From Azolla caroliniana (lineage: Eukaryota > Plantae > Polypodiophyta), in contig JBHGNT010000018.1 in assembly GCA_043228905.1 (NCBI GenBank), forward strand, positions 5,890,001 through 5,954,000: a stretch of DNA of 64,000 nucleotides. The letters run 5' to 3'. Numbering within the stretch: position 1 is the stretch's first letter; every line of letters begins with the position of its first letter. Under the pieces are notes generated by a model. That model ran no database searches. It had not been told where the DNA came from and worked only from the letters and a program-made list of their open reading frames with translations. Made by a program: the position numbers and the translations under genes. Below are positions 40,455-53,223 of this stretch, in pieces.

Positions 40455-43042
40455 CGTTGTTGGGCAACAATGGTAAGGATATCAGTGTGCAATGTAGGCA
40501 CTCGGTCGAAGAAAAGACAGGCTTAAAAATTTTTATGACCCTCTTTTGTACAAGACTAAGGTAGTACTTATTTACTGAAAACTTTAGTAATGCTAGATTA
40601 TTCAATTTTAAATAATGACAACTGTGGGCTTTGAACTTACGCCCCTTCAGATTGGAGCCTAAATCCAACGCACTCGACCACTCGGCCAAATGGTCGTTGT
40701 GTTGATGACATCAAAACAAGTCAAAATTGATAGTTGTGCTAAAGAGTGCTAAAAATGAGAGTGATATTTGAAGTGGTGTGATTTTAGATCATTGGGAAAC
40801 AATGTTAAGCATATCAATGTACAATGCAGACACTAGGTCGAAGATAAGAACATGCATACAAATTTTTATGGCCCTCCTTTGTACAAGAATAACGTAATTG
40901 TTATTTCATGAAAAGTTTGGTAATGCTAGGTTGTTTCAATTCGCTAATGACAACTACGGGATTTGAACCTAGACCCTTTCGAATTGGAGCCTTAGACCAC
41001 TAGGCCAAATTGTCAATGTGTTGATAACATCAAAACAAGTCCACACTTGATAGTCCTGCTAAAGAGTGTTAAAAAAGAGAGTGATATTTTAAGTGGCATC
41101 AATTTAGGTCGTGGGGCAACAATGTTAAGAATATCAATGTGCAATGCAAGCACTAGGTCGATGAATAACGTAGTAGTTATTTCATGAAAAGTTTGGTGAT
41201 GCTAGATTATTTAAAGTCACTAATTACAAGTGTGGGATTTGAACCCACGCCGTTCCGGATTGGAGCCTAAATCCAACTCCTTAATCCACTCGATCAGCTT
41301 GTCGATTTGTTGATGACATTAAAACAAGTCCACACTTGATAGTGTAGCTAAAGAGTGACTATCAAGTCCACACTTGATAGTCACATTTTAAGTGGGGTCA
41401 ATTTATGTCGTTAAACAACAATGTTAAGCACATCAATATGCAATGCAGGCGCAAGGTCAAAAAAAGCATATGCTTACAATTTTTTATGGCCCTCTTTTGT
41501 CCAAGAATAATGTAGAAGTTATTTCATGAAAAGTTTGGTGCTGTAACATTATTTACATTCACTAATGACAACTGTGGGATTTGAACCCACGCCCTTTCGG
41601 ATTGGAGCCTAAATCCAACGCCTTAGACCATTTGGCCAAATTGTCGATGTGTTCATAATAGCAAAACAAGTCCACACGTGATACTATTGTTAAAAGTTGA
41701 ATAAAGGATATGCGTACAATTTTTTATGGCCCTCTTTTGTCCATGAATAATGTAGTAGTTATTTCATGAAAAGTCTGGAAATGTTAGATTATTTAAATTT
41801 ACTAATGACAATTGTAGGATTTGAACCCACGCCCTTTTGGATTGGAGCCTAAATCCAACGCCTTAGACTACTCGGCCAAATTATCAATGTCTTGATAATA
41901 GCAAAACCAGTCCACAGTTCATAGTGTTGCTAAAAGTCGAATAAAGGACAATTTTGTATGGCCCTCTTTTGTCCAAGAATAATGTAGTAGTTATTTCATG
42001 AAAAGTTTGGTACTGTTAGATTGTTTAAATTCACTAATGAGAACTGTAGGATTTGAACCCACGCCCTTTTAGATTGGAGCCTAAATCCAACGCCTTAGAC
42101 CACTCGGCCAAATTTTCGATGTGTTGATAATAGCAAAACTAGTCCAGATGTGATAGTGTTGTTAAAAGTCAAATTAACGATATGCGTACAATTTTTTATG
42201 GCCCTCTTTTGTCCATGAATAATGTAGTAGTTATTTCAAGAAAAGTCTGGTAATGTTAGATTATTTAAATTCACTAATGACAAATATGGGATTTGACCCC
42301 ACGCCCGTTCGGATTGGAGCCTAAATCCAACGCCTTAGACTACTCGGCCAAATTGTCAATGTGTTGATAATAGCAAAACAAGTACCACACTTCATAGTGT
42401 TGCTAAAAGTCAAATAAAGGATATGCTTACAATTTTTTATGGCCCTCTTTTGTCCAAGAATAATGTAGTAGTTATTTCATGAAAAGTTTGGAAATGTTAG
42501 ATTATTTAAATTCACAAATGACAACTGTGGGATTTGAACCCACGCCCTTCCGGATTGGAGCCTAAATCCAACGCCTTAGACCACTCGGCCAAATTGTTGA
42601 TGTGTTGATTATAGCAAAACAAGTCCACACTTCATAGTGTTGCTAAAAGTCGAATAAAGGATATGCTTACAATTTTTTATGGCCCTCTTTTGTCCAAGAA
42701 TAATGTAGTAGTTCTTTCATGAAAAGTCTGGTACTGTTAGATTATTTAAATTCACTAATGACAACTGTGGGATTTGAACCCACGCCCTTTCGGATTGGAG
42801 ACTAAATCCAACACCTTAGACCACTCGGCCAAATTGTCGATGTGTTGATAATAGCAAAACAAGTCCACACTTCATAGTGCTACTAAAAGTCGAATAAAGG
42901 ATATGCTTATAATTTTTTATGGCCCTCTTTTGTCCAAGAATAATGTAGTAGTTATTTCATGAAAAGTTTGGTAATGTTACATTATTTAATTTCACTAATG
43001 ACAACTGTGGGATTTTAACCCGCGCCCTTTCGGATTGGAGCT
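40455..43042 (-). repeat. tRNA-Leu tandem array, block 2 (10 monomers; shifts from long to ~240-bp type)
   Basis: Cores at ~40616, 40948, 41224, 41566, 41806, 42038, 42278, 42519, 42759 and 42999 (last one interrupted). Confidence 0.95.
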
Positions 43043-46000
43043 TGTTGAGAATCAAGCTCAACTTGGTCTAGTGTGTGAACTCACCTTGAGAGTGAATAGA
43101 CACTCCAACGGTCAAGAGTCACCATTATGTTACCTCTTTGTATTCTAGCATTAAGTATGAGTCATAGAATCATATTCTATGGCACATAACTTATGAGCTT
43201 TCACATTCCCCATGCTCCATGAGCCTTGTAGTTAATGAAGAGAGAGGGTGACTATATAAAGCACCCTCTTCCCACCTTGTATTTAGTTGAGTGTTTCTCC
43301 TTTGTGAATATACTTACCCTTGTGTATACTCTGTGTTTTACTCCTTGTCTCTCTCACTCTCTATCTCTCATACACACACACACACACAGTTCACACCTAT
43401 TCCGCTACACAAGAATCATACCCGATTATTTATATGGTATCAGAGCGATTTGGTAGCTCGATCTAGCCCATTCTCCTCATCGTGATCGTGTGTTGTGCTC
43501 GACGCCAACGACCAAGAACCTGCTCATCGCTATCGTAGCTTCGGTACATAGCTTGCATTTGAAGAGAGAAGAAGAAGAAGAAGAGGAAAAATCGACATAA
43601 TGAATACTCAAATGGGGAGCGCTCTCCCTACCGAAAAGTTGAATCGAAACAACTTCGCATCTTGGGAGTACCAGATGTACCAATACCTTGTCGGACAAGG
43701 GGCTATTGGAGCTACATCAAAGGAGCGCATGAAGACCGACCCGCCGAAGCGGCTCCCGGATACGCGACATGGGAGCAAGCCACAAGCCACATGATGTATT
43801 GCTTGGCGACATGTGTTCATGATCACATGGTACGGTACATTCACGAAGCCAAGACGCCGAAGGAGGCATGGGAAAATCTACGAAAGATTTTCGCGGCGAA
43901 CACAACCGCAAGAAGGCTTCAACTCCGCCAAGAGTTGAACAACATTCAACAAAGGGACATGTCCATCACGACATACACCTCGAAGATCAAGGAGCTTTGT
44001 GATTCGCTCAGCTCAATAAGCATAAATATCGATGATGATGAGATGGTTCAAATATGCCTCGGCGGTCTCGCACCACAGTTCGGCGCGATGCGAACTCCCG
44101 TTCTAGCACGGGAGAAATCTCCCTCCTTCTTTGAGCTCTAATCAATGTTATTGGTCGAAGAAAACCACGTGCGTACAAGGAGTAATGAGTCGGAAGGCCA
44201 CATCCTCTACACGCACTCGAACGGAGGAAGAGGACGGGGACAGTCGAGAGGCCGATTCGGCCAAGGACAAGGCAGGCGAGGTCCGACCTACGATAACAAC
44301 CGGAAGCCAACGAGGAACCTTCGCAAGAAGGGGGAGCTTCCACTCCGGCCCAAGCCGTCGAAACACAACTGAATGCGGATATTGCGGAAAGCTCGGCCAC
44401 TACGAAGAAGAGTGTCGAAAGAAGATGCACAAATCGGCTTCCACAAGCCGACAACTCACGAATTACGCGCACAATTCCAACTATGAAGAGTATAGTGGAA
44501 TGTACGGGAACAACTCCGACTACGCAGATCGTGGCGGAATGTATGCACCCAACTCCGACCGTGGCGGTATGTTCATGATGAAACATAGAGCAAACTCTAT
44601 GTCAGCCTCTACCTCAACTAGTGCCCTCAATCCGGAGGACGTATGGTTTGTTGACTCCGGAGCCTCAAACCATATGACATCCCATAAAGAATGGTTTCCC
44701 GAACTTCAAGAGCCAGAGCGACCCGGTTATGTCGAAACCGGAGATGACACTACGCACCCAATTCGGCACATCGGCAATGTTCTGTTTGGCGAAAGAGGTA
44801 AGCATACATACATTAAAAATGTCTTGCATGTTCCCACCATCACGAAGAATTTTGTCTCAATCGGCCAAATGGTTGAGCAAGGGATGCAAGTATGATTCGA
44901 CCAAGAAGGTTGTTTCATCGAAAAAGAAGGCCGAATCATCGCACGCGGACGAAGAGAGGGCCAAATGTTCATTCTCGACTCACACAAGATGAAATCGGCC
45001 ATGCTCGCAAAGGGCATGCACGCCGACTCCGACATAGAGTTATGGCACAAGCGGATTGGCCATATAAATCTCCAAAAGCTCAAAGCAATGAAATCGAAAG
45101 GAGTCGTCATCGAACTCCCAACAATCAAAGAGAAGGAGATTGAAGGTGTATGCGAAGCGTGCCAACTCGGCAAGCAACAGTGACACCCATTCCCGAAAGA
45201 GCGGAATGTGAGCAAAGGTCAACTCGACGTAGTCCATTCCAACGTATGGGGACCGGTGCAAACGGCTACATTCAGCGGATGCCGATAATACGTGCTCTTC
45301 ATCGACGACTTTTCTAGACACACTTGGATCTACCCGATGTGGCAAAAGAGCGAAGTGTTCGGACATTTCCAAACATTCAAGAATGAAGTCGAGAAAGCCA
45401 CGGTCCGACGTGTACGTTGTCTTCAATCGGATGGCGGCAAGGAGTACTTCTCGGACGATTTCACAGCGTATCTCCGAAAGGAAGGTATTCAGCGAGAATT
45501 CACTTGCCGACACACTCCGCAACAAAACGGAGGAGCCGAGCGCAAAAATCGGCACATCCTCGAAGTAGCACGGGCCATGATGAACGAGAAGCATATGCCC
45601 AAGTCATATTGGGCCGAAGCTGCAAATACGGCCGTCTACCTAATGAACCAGTGTACAACATCTGGCGTGCACGAGGTCACTCCGGACGAAAAATACTTCG
45701 GAAAGAAGCCCGACTTATTGCACACCCGGATATTCGGCACGATAGCGTACGTGCACATCCCCGACGAGAAGCGTCAAAAGCTTGATCCGAAGTTGGGGAA
45801 ATTTATCCACGTAGGATACTCTTTGGAACAAAAGGGGTACAAGTGCTACAACCCCTCAACTCAAAAATCTCGCGTAAGTAGAGACGTCGTTTTCGACGAG
45901 TCCACATCCTGGTACGCACCAGAGACAACTCCAACTCCGACTCCGCTCAACCCAGAATCCGTTGAACAAGAGATAGAGGATGAAGAGCATTTTACGCGCA

Positions 46001-48090
46001 TGTTCGAAGAAAGGCCGACCACGATCCGACTGAGCGGACCACAAGAGCCTCCGAGCATTCAAAGCACCTCGCGGCCTAACCTGAAGATCGACAAAGGCAA
46101 GGAGAAAATGTCGGAATACAAAAACGATCGGCTCGACAACGATGAGTCGACTCACTCACTCGACAGTGAGTTCGGCAGTTTCGATGTACCAATCGGAGCT
46201 AAAAAAGCCCTCATCTCTGTAAATGAAAAGCTCTGTCGCTTCACCCATGAAAAGAATCCACTTAGCCGATTCGGCTACAACGACTACATGGCATATCACT
46301 ATGCCTTTATGATGAAGGTGGCGACAGTACATGAGCCGGAAACATTTTCCGAAGCAGCCAAGGATCCGCGATGAATCGAAGCCATGAATGAGGATATGCA
46401 CGCACTACGCAAGAACGAGAGGTGGGATCTCGTTCCCACCTTAACAAACAAAAAGGCGATCGGATGCAGATGGATTTACAAAGAGAAGTACAATGCTGAC
46501 GATTCCGTCAACCGCTACAAAGCACGACTCATAGCGAAGGGCTATGCACAAACGCACGGAGTTTACTACGGAGAGACCTTTGCCCCGGTCGCAAAGATGA
46601 CGACGGTACGGACTGTAATTGCGCTTGCCGCGACAAAAGGGTGGCACCTCCATCAAATGGACGTCAAGAACGCCTTTCTACAAGGCGAATTAGAAGAGGG
46701 GGGGTGTACATGGTACACCCTCCTAGCTTCGAATCACGCATTCATCCAAAAGTCGTGTGCCGACTCAAGAAGCCACTCTACAGCCTAAAGCAAGCACCGC
46801 GTGCTTGGCATTCGAAGATAACACAATATCTTCATCAAATCGGCTTTCGTATGTCAAAATCGGACAACTCCCTCTACATACAGAGCAATTCCGCAAGTCC
46901 AATCGTCATCATCTTATATGTGGATGACCTAGTCATTGGAGGGGAGCATCTCCTCAAAATCAATAAGGTCAAATCCCTCCTTTCCGACAAGTTCAAGATG
47001 ACGGACATGAAGGAGCTCCACTACTTCCTCGCCATCGAGGTAATTCGGACTCCAGTCGGAATCCTGATCTCTCAACGGCACTACATCCTCAACTTGTTAT
47101 ACAAGTTCGGTATGGCTGAATGCAAATCCACGGCAACCCCGCTCGATCGCAATCTCAAACTAGATGCGAACTCCGGCACCAAAGCGTGTGAGCCGACTCA
47201 GTATCGGCAACTCATCGGGAGTCTCATTTAATCTCATCTACCTCACAATCACACAACCCGATCTCAGTTATCCGGTCAGTCTCCTTAGCCAATACATGCA
47301 AACAGCGCGTGATACTCACTTGGATTGCGCTAAGCAAGTTCTATGATACGTGAGCAGCACACTAGATTCCGGCATACTCTACAAGACCGCGATGCCAATA
47401 CGACTCGAGGGGTACACAGACGCCGATTGAGCCGGCTACAAAGCCGATAGAAGGTCAACCTCCGGATTTGTTTCCTCCCTCGGCAGCGGAAACATATCTT
47501 GGAGTAGCAAGAAGTAGCCTATCGTCGCTCTTTCGAGTACGGAGGAGGAATAAATGGGCGCAGCCATAGCTACTTGTGAAGTCGTATGGCTAAAGAGGTT
47601 TTTGAAGGATCTGGGCATACCCATCAAGGATCCGACCTCCCTTTACTGCGACAACATGGGCAATATCTATCTGGCTTGGAACCCGATGTTCCACGCATGG
47701 AAAAAGCACATCGAAGTGCACTATCACTTCAACCGAGACCGCGTTCTAGCTAGCGATGTCGACCTACAACACATTAGCACAAATCTTCAAACGGCCGACA
47801 TCTTCACTAAAGCCTTAGGAGCCGACAAGCTGTGGCAATTCATGATTGATCTCGGATTGGCAATCCCTGACCTACCAAGCTTGAGGGGTAGTACTAAAGA
47901 TATTATGCAATAACGCGTGGATTCCACAAACCGCACACATTACAAAATAACGCATAGATTACGCAAACACGCAATAAAAACGCGAATAAAGACGCAAGCC
48001 GAAGCACAACCTTTGCAACTACGCACAACACAAGCTACAGCACGGATTCCACAACTCCGCATAAATGCGAGTCGACGCGGACTCCGGAAC
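43043..48090 (+). mobile_element. Ty1/Copia element (Copia-E), 5' LTR 43043-~43434, 3' LTR absent
   Basis: TGTTGAG start, PBS TGGTATCAGAGC at 43435-43446. Gag, CGYCGKLGHYEEEC, PR (WFVDSGASNHM), LWHKRIGH, INT, RT (ILYVDDL), RH. Confidence 0.93.
43600..47913 (+). pseudogene. Copia-E gag-pol with frameshifts and stops
   Basis: ORF pieces at 43600, 43662, 44131, 44965, 45292, 46384, 46641 and 47554. Confidence 0.92.
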
Positions 48091-48383
48091 TATGGGATAT
48101 GCTTACAATTTTTTATGGCCCTCTTTTGTCCAAGAATAATATAGTAGTTATTTCATGAAAAGTTTGGTGATGTTACACTATTTACATTCACTAATGACAA
48201 CTATGGGATTTGAACCCACACCCTTTCGAATTGGAGCCTAAGTACAACACCTTAGACCGCTCGACCAAATTATCAATGTGTTCATAATAGCAAAACAAGT
48301 CCACACGTGATAGTGTTGTTAAAAGTCGAATAAAGGATATGCGTGCAATTTTTTATAGCCCTCTTTTGTCCAAGAATTATGTA

Positions 48384-48463
48384 TGACAACTGTGGGATTT
48401 GAACCCACGCCCTTTCGGATTGGAGCCTAAATCCAACGCCTTAGACCACTCGGCCAAATTGTC
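48384..48463 (-). tRNA. tRNA-Leu(TAG), array-consensus copy
   Basis: GACAATT TG GCCG AGTGGTCTA AGGC G TTGGA TTTAGGC TCCAA TCCGAAAGGGC GTGGG TTCAAAT CCCAC AGTTGTC A. Full cloverleaf, A and B boxes, A73. Confidence 0.8.
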
Positions 48464-48804
48464 GATGTGTTGATAATACAAAAAATAAGTCCACACTTCA
48501 TAGTGCTGCTAAAATTCAAGGATATGCTTACAATATATTATGGCCCTCTTTTGTCCAAGAATAATATAGTAGTTATTTCATCAAAAGTCTGGAAATTTTA
48601 GACAATTTAAATTCACTAATGACAACTGTGGGATTTGAATCCACGCCCTTTCGGATTGGAGCCTAAATCCAACGCCTTAGACCACTCGGCCAAATTGTCG
48701 ATGTGTTCATAATAGAAAAACAAGTCCACAGGTGATAGTCCAAGAAAAATGTAGTAGTTATTTCATGAAAAGTTCGGTAATGTTAGATTATTTCAATTCA
48801 CCAA

Positions 48805-48884
48805 TGACAACTGTGGGATTTGAACCCACGCCCTTTCGGATTGGAGCCTAAATCCAACGCCTTAGACCACTCGGCCAAATTGTC
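48805..48884 (-). tRNA. tRNA-Leu(TAG), array-consensus copy
   Basis: Identical to 48384-48463. Confidence 0.8.
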
Positions 48885-48989
48885 GATATGTTCATAATAG
48901 CGAAACAAGTCGACACGTGATAGTCCAAGAATAATGTAGTAGTTATTTCATGAACAGTTCGGTAATATCAGATTATTTAAATTCACTAA

Positions 48990-49069
48990 TGACAACTATG
49001 GGATTTGAACCCATGCCTTTTCGGATTGGAGCATTAATACAACGCCTTAGACCACTCGGCCAAATTGTC
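48990..49069 (-). tRNA. Leu-body tRNA variant with AAT anticodon (possible pseudogene)
   Basis: Loop TT-AAT-GC, one anticodon-stem mismatch, T-stem ATGGG/CCCAT. Same sequence at 53329-53408. Confidence 0.5.
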
Positions 49070-49468
49070 GATGTGTTGATAATAGAAAAACAAGTCCACA
49101 CATGATACTGTTCCTAAAAGTCGAATAAAGGATATACTTACAATTTTTTATGGACCTCTTTTGGCCATGAATAATATAGTAGTTATTTCCTGAAACTCTG
49201 GAAATGTTAGATTATTTAAATTCACTAATGACAACAATGGGATTTGAATCCACGCCCTTTCGAATTGGAGCCTAAATCCAACACCTTAGACTACTCGGCC
49301 AAATTGTCGATGTGTTGATAATAGCAAAACAAGTCCACACTTCATAGTGTTGCTAAAAGTCAAATAAAGGATATGTTTACAATATTTTATGGCCCTCTTT
49401 TGTCCAAGAATAATGTAGTAGTTATTTCATAAAAAGTCTGGAAATGTTAGATAATTTAAATTCACTAA

Positions 49469-49548
49469 TGACAACTGTGGGATTTGAACCCACGCCCTTT
49501 CGGATTGGAGCCTAAATCCAACGCCTTAGACCACTCGGCCAAATTGTC
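49469..49548 (-). tRNA. tRNA-Leu(TAG), array-consensus copy
   Basis: Identical to 48384-48463. Confidence 0.8.
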
Positions 49549-50372
49549 GATGTGTTCATAATAGAAAAACAAGTCATAGGTGATAGTGCTGCTAAAAGTC
49601 AAATAAAGGATATGCTTACAATTTTTTATGGCCCTCTTTGGGCCATGAATAATGTAGTAGTTATTTCATGAAAAGTTCGGTAATGTTAGATTATTTAAAT
49701 TCACTAATGACAACTGTGGGATTTGAACCCACGCCCTTTCGGATTGGAGCCTTAATACAACGCCTTAGACAACTAGGACAAATTGTTGATGTGTTGATAA
49801 TGGCAAAACAAGTCCAAACATGATAGTGTTGCTAAAAGTCAAATACAGGATATGCTTACAATTTCTTATGGCCCTCTTTTGGCCATGAATAATGTAGTAG
49901 TTATTTCATGAAAAGTCTGGTAATGTTAGCTTATTTAAATTCACTAATGACAACTGTGCGATTTGAACCCACGCCCTTTCGGATTGGAGCCTAAAGCCAA
50001 TGCCTTAGAGCACTCGGCCAAATTGTCGATGTGTTGATAATAGCAAAACAAGCCCACACGTGATAGTCCAAGAAAAATGTAGTAGTTATTTCATGAGAAG
50101 TTCGGTAATGTTAGATTATTTAAATTCACTAATGACAACTGTGGGATTTGAACCCACGCCCTTTCGGATTGGAGCCTAAATCCAACGCCTTAGACTACTC
50201 GGCCAAATTATCGATGTGTTGATAATAGAAAAACAAGTCCAGACTTAATAGTGTTGCTAAAAGTCAAATAAAGGATATGTTTACAATATTTTATGGCCCT
50301 CTTTTGTCCAAGAATAATGGAGTAGTTATTTCATGAAAAGTCTGGAAATATTAGATAATTTAAATTCACTAA

Positions 50373-50452
50373 TGACAACTGTGGGATTTGAACCCACGCC
50401 CTTTCGGATTGGAGCCTAAATCCAACGCCTTAGACCACTCGGCCAAATTGTC
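50373..50452 (-). tRNA. tRNA-Leu(TAG), array-consensus copy
   Basis: Identical to 48384-48463. Confidence 0.8.
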
Positions 50453-51545
50453 GATGTGTTCATAATTGAAAAACAAGTCCACAGGTGATAGTGTTGCTAA
50501 AAGTCGAATCAAGGATATGCTTACAATTTTTTATGGCCATGAATAATGTAGTAGTTATTTCTTGAAAACTCTGGAAATGTTAGATTATTTAAATTCACTA
50601 ATGACAACTGTGGGATTTGAACCCACGCCCTTTCAGATTGGAGCCTAAATCCAACGCCTTAGACCACTCGGCCAATTTGTCGATGTGTTCATAATAGAAC
50701 AACAAGTCCACACGTGATAGTCCAAGAATAATGTAGTAGTTATTTCATGAAAAGTTCGGTAATGTTAGATTATTTAAATTCAATATTGACAACTGTGGGA
50801 TTTGAACCCACGCCCTTTCGGATTGGAGCCTTAATACAACGCCTTAAACAAGTAGGACAAATTGTTGATGTGTTGATAATGGCAAAACAAGTCCACACAT
50901 GATACTGTTGCTAAAAGTCGAATAAAGGATATGCGTACAATTTTTTATGGCCATGAATAATGTAGTAGTTATTTCTTGAAAACTCTGGAAATATTAGATT
51001 ATTTAAATTCACTAATGACAACTGTGGGATTTGAACCCACGCCCGTTCGGCTTGAAGCCTTAATCTAACGCCTTAGAACACTCGGCCAAATTGTCGATGT
51101 GTTGATAATAGCAAAACAACACACTTCATAGTGTTGCTAAAAGTCGAATAAAGGATATGTTTACAATTTTCTATTGCCCTCTTTTGGCCATGAATAATGT
51201 AGTAGTTATTTCATAACATATCAATTTTTTATGGCCCTCTTTGGCCATGAATAATGTAGTAGTTATTGCATGAAAAGTCGGGTACTATTAGATTATTTAA
51301 ATTCACTAATGACAAGTGTGGGATTTGAACCGACGCCCTTTCGGATTGGAGCCTAAATCCAACGCCTTAGACTACTCGGCCAAATTGTCGATGTGTTGAT
51401 AATACAAAAAACAAGTCCACACTTCATAGTGCTGCTAAAAATCAAGGATATGCTTACAATATATTATGGCCCTCTTTTGTCCAAGAATAATGTAGTAGTT
51501 ATTTCATGAAAAGTCTGGAAATATTAGATAATTTAAATTCACTAA

Positions 51546-51625
51546 TGACAACTGTGGGATTTGAACCCACGCCCTTTCGGATTGGAGCCTAAATCCAACG
51601 CCTTAGACCACTCGGCCAAATTGTC
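51546..51625 (-). tRNA. tRNA-Leu(TAG), array-consensus copy
   Basis: Identical to 48384-48463. Confidence 0.8.
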
Positions 51626-51959
51626 GATGTGTTCATAATTGAAAAACAAGTCCACAGGTGATAGTGTTGCTAAAAGTCGAATAAAGGATATGTTTACAAT
51701 TTCTTATGGCCATGAATAATGTAGTAGTTATTTCTTGAAAACTCTGGAAATGTTAGATTATTTAAATTCACTAATGACAACTGTGGGATTTGAACCCACG
51801 CCCTTTCAGATTGGAGCCTAAATCCAACGCTTTAGACCACTCGGCCAAATTGTCGATATGTTCATAATAGCGAAACAAGTCGACACGTGATAGTCCAAGA
51901 ATAATGTAGTAGTTATTTCATGAAAAGTTCGGTAATGTTAGATTATTTAAATTCACTAA

Positions 51960-52039
51960 TGACAACTATGGGATTTGAACCCATGCCTTTTCGAATTGTA
52001 GCATTAATACAACGCCTTAGACCACTCGGCCAAATTGTC
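51960..52039 (-). tRNA. Leu-body tRNA variant with AAT anticodon and fully paired anticodon and T stems
   Basis: TTGTA-TTAATGC-TACAA and ATGGG-TTCAAAT-CCCAT; variable arm weakened. Confidence 0.55.
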
Positions 52040-52958
52040 GATGTGTTGATAATGGCAAAACAAGTCCACACATGATAGTGTTGCTAAAAGTCGAATAAAG
52101 GATATGCGTACAATTTTTTATGGCCATGAATAATGTAGTAGTTATTTCTTGAAAACTCTGGAAATGTTAGATTATTTAAATTCACTAATGACAACTGTGG
52201 GATTTGAACCCACGCCCGTTCGGCTTGAAGCCTTAATCTAACCCCTTAGAACACTCGGCCAAATTGTCAATGTGTTGATAATAGCAAAACAATACACTTC
52301 ATAGTGTTGCTAAAAGTCGAATAAAGGATATGTTTACAATTTTCTATGGCCCTCCTTTGGCCATGAATAATGTAGTAGTTATTTCATAACATATCAATTT
52401 TTATGGCCCTCTTTTGGCCATGAATAATGTAGTAGTTATTTCATGAAAAGTCGGGTGCTGTTAGATTATTTAAATTCACCAATGACAACTCTGGCATTTG
52501 AACCCACGCCCTTTCGGATTGGAACCTAAATCCAACGCCTTAGACTACTCGGCCAAATTATCGATGTGTTGATAATAGAAAAACAAGTCCACACTTAATA
52601 GTGTTGCTAAAAGTCAAATAAAGGATATGTTTACAATTTTTTATGGCCCTCTTTTGTCCAAGAATAATGTAGTAGTTATTTCATGAAAAGTCTGGAAATG
52701 TTAGATAATTTAAATTCACTAATGACAACTGTGGGATTTGAACCCACGCCCTTTCGGATTGGAGCCTAAATCCAACGCCTTAGACCACTCGGCAAAATTG
52801 TCGATGTGTTGATAATACAAAAAATAAGTCCACACTTCATAGTGCTGCTAAAATTCAAGGATATGCTTACAATATATTATGGCCCTCTTTTGTCCAAGAA
52901 TAATATAGTAGTTATTTCATCAAAAGTCTGGAAATTTTAGACAATTTAAATTCACTAA

Positions 52959-53038
52959 TGACAACTGTGGGATTTGAACCCACGCCCTTTCGGATTGGAG
53001 CCTAAATCCAACGCCTTAGACCACTCGGCCAAATTGTC
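52959..53038 (-). tRNA. tRNA-Leu(TAG), array-consensus copy
   Basis: Identical to 48384-48463. Confidence 0.8.
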
Positions 53039-53143
53039 GATGTGTTCATAATAGAAAAACAAGTCCACAGGTGATAGTCCAAGAAAAATGTAGTAGTTAT
53101 TTCATGAAAAGTTCGGTAATGTTAGATTATTTCAATTCACCAA

Positions 53144-53223
53144 TGACAACTGTGGGATTTGAACCCACGCCCTTTCGGATTGGAGCCTAAATCCAACGCC
53201 TTAGACCACTCGGCCAAATTGTC
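53144..53223 (-). tRNA. tRNA-Leu(TAG), array-consensus copy
   Basis: Identical to 48384-48463. Confidence 0.8.
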
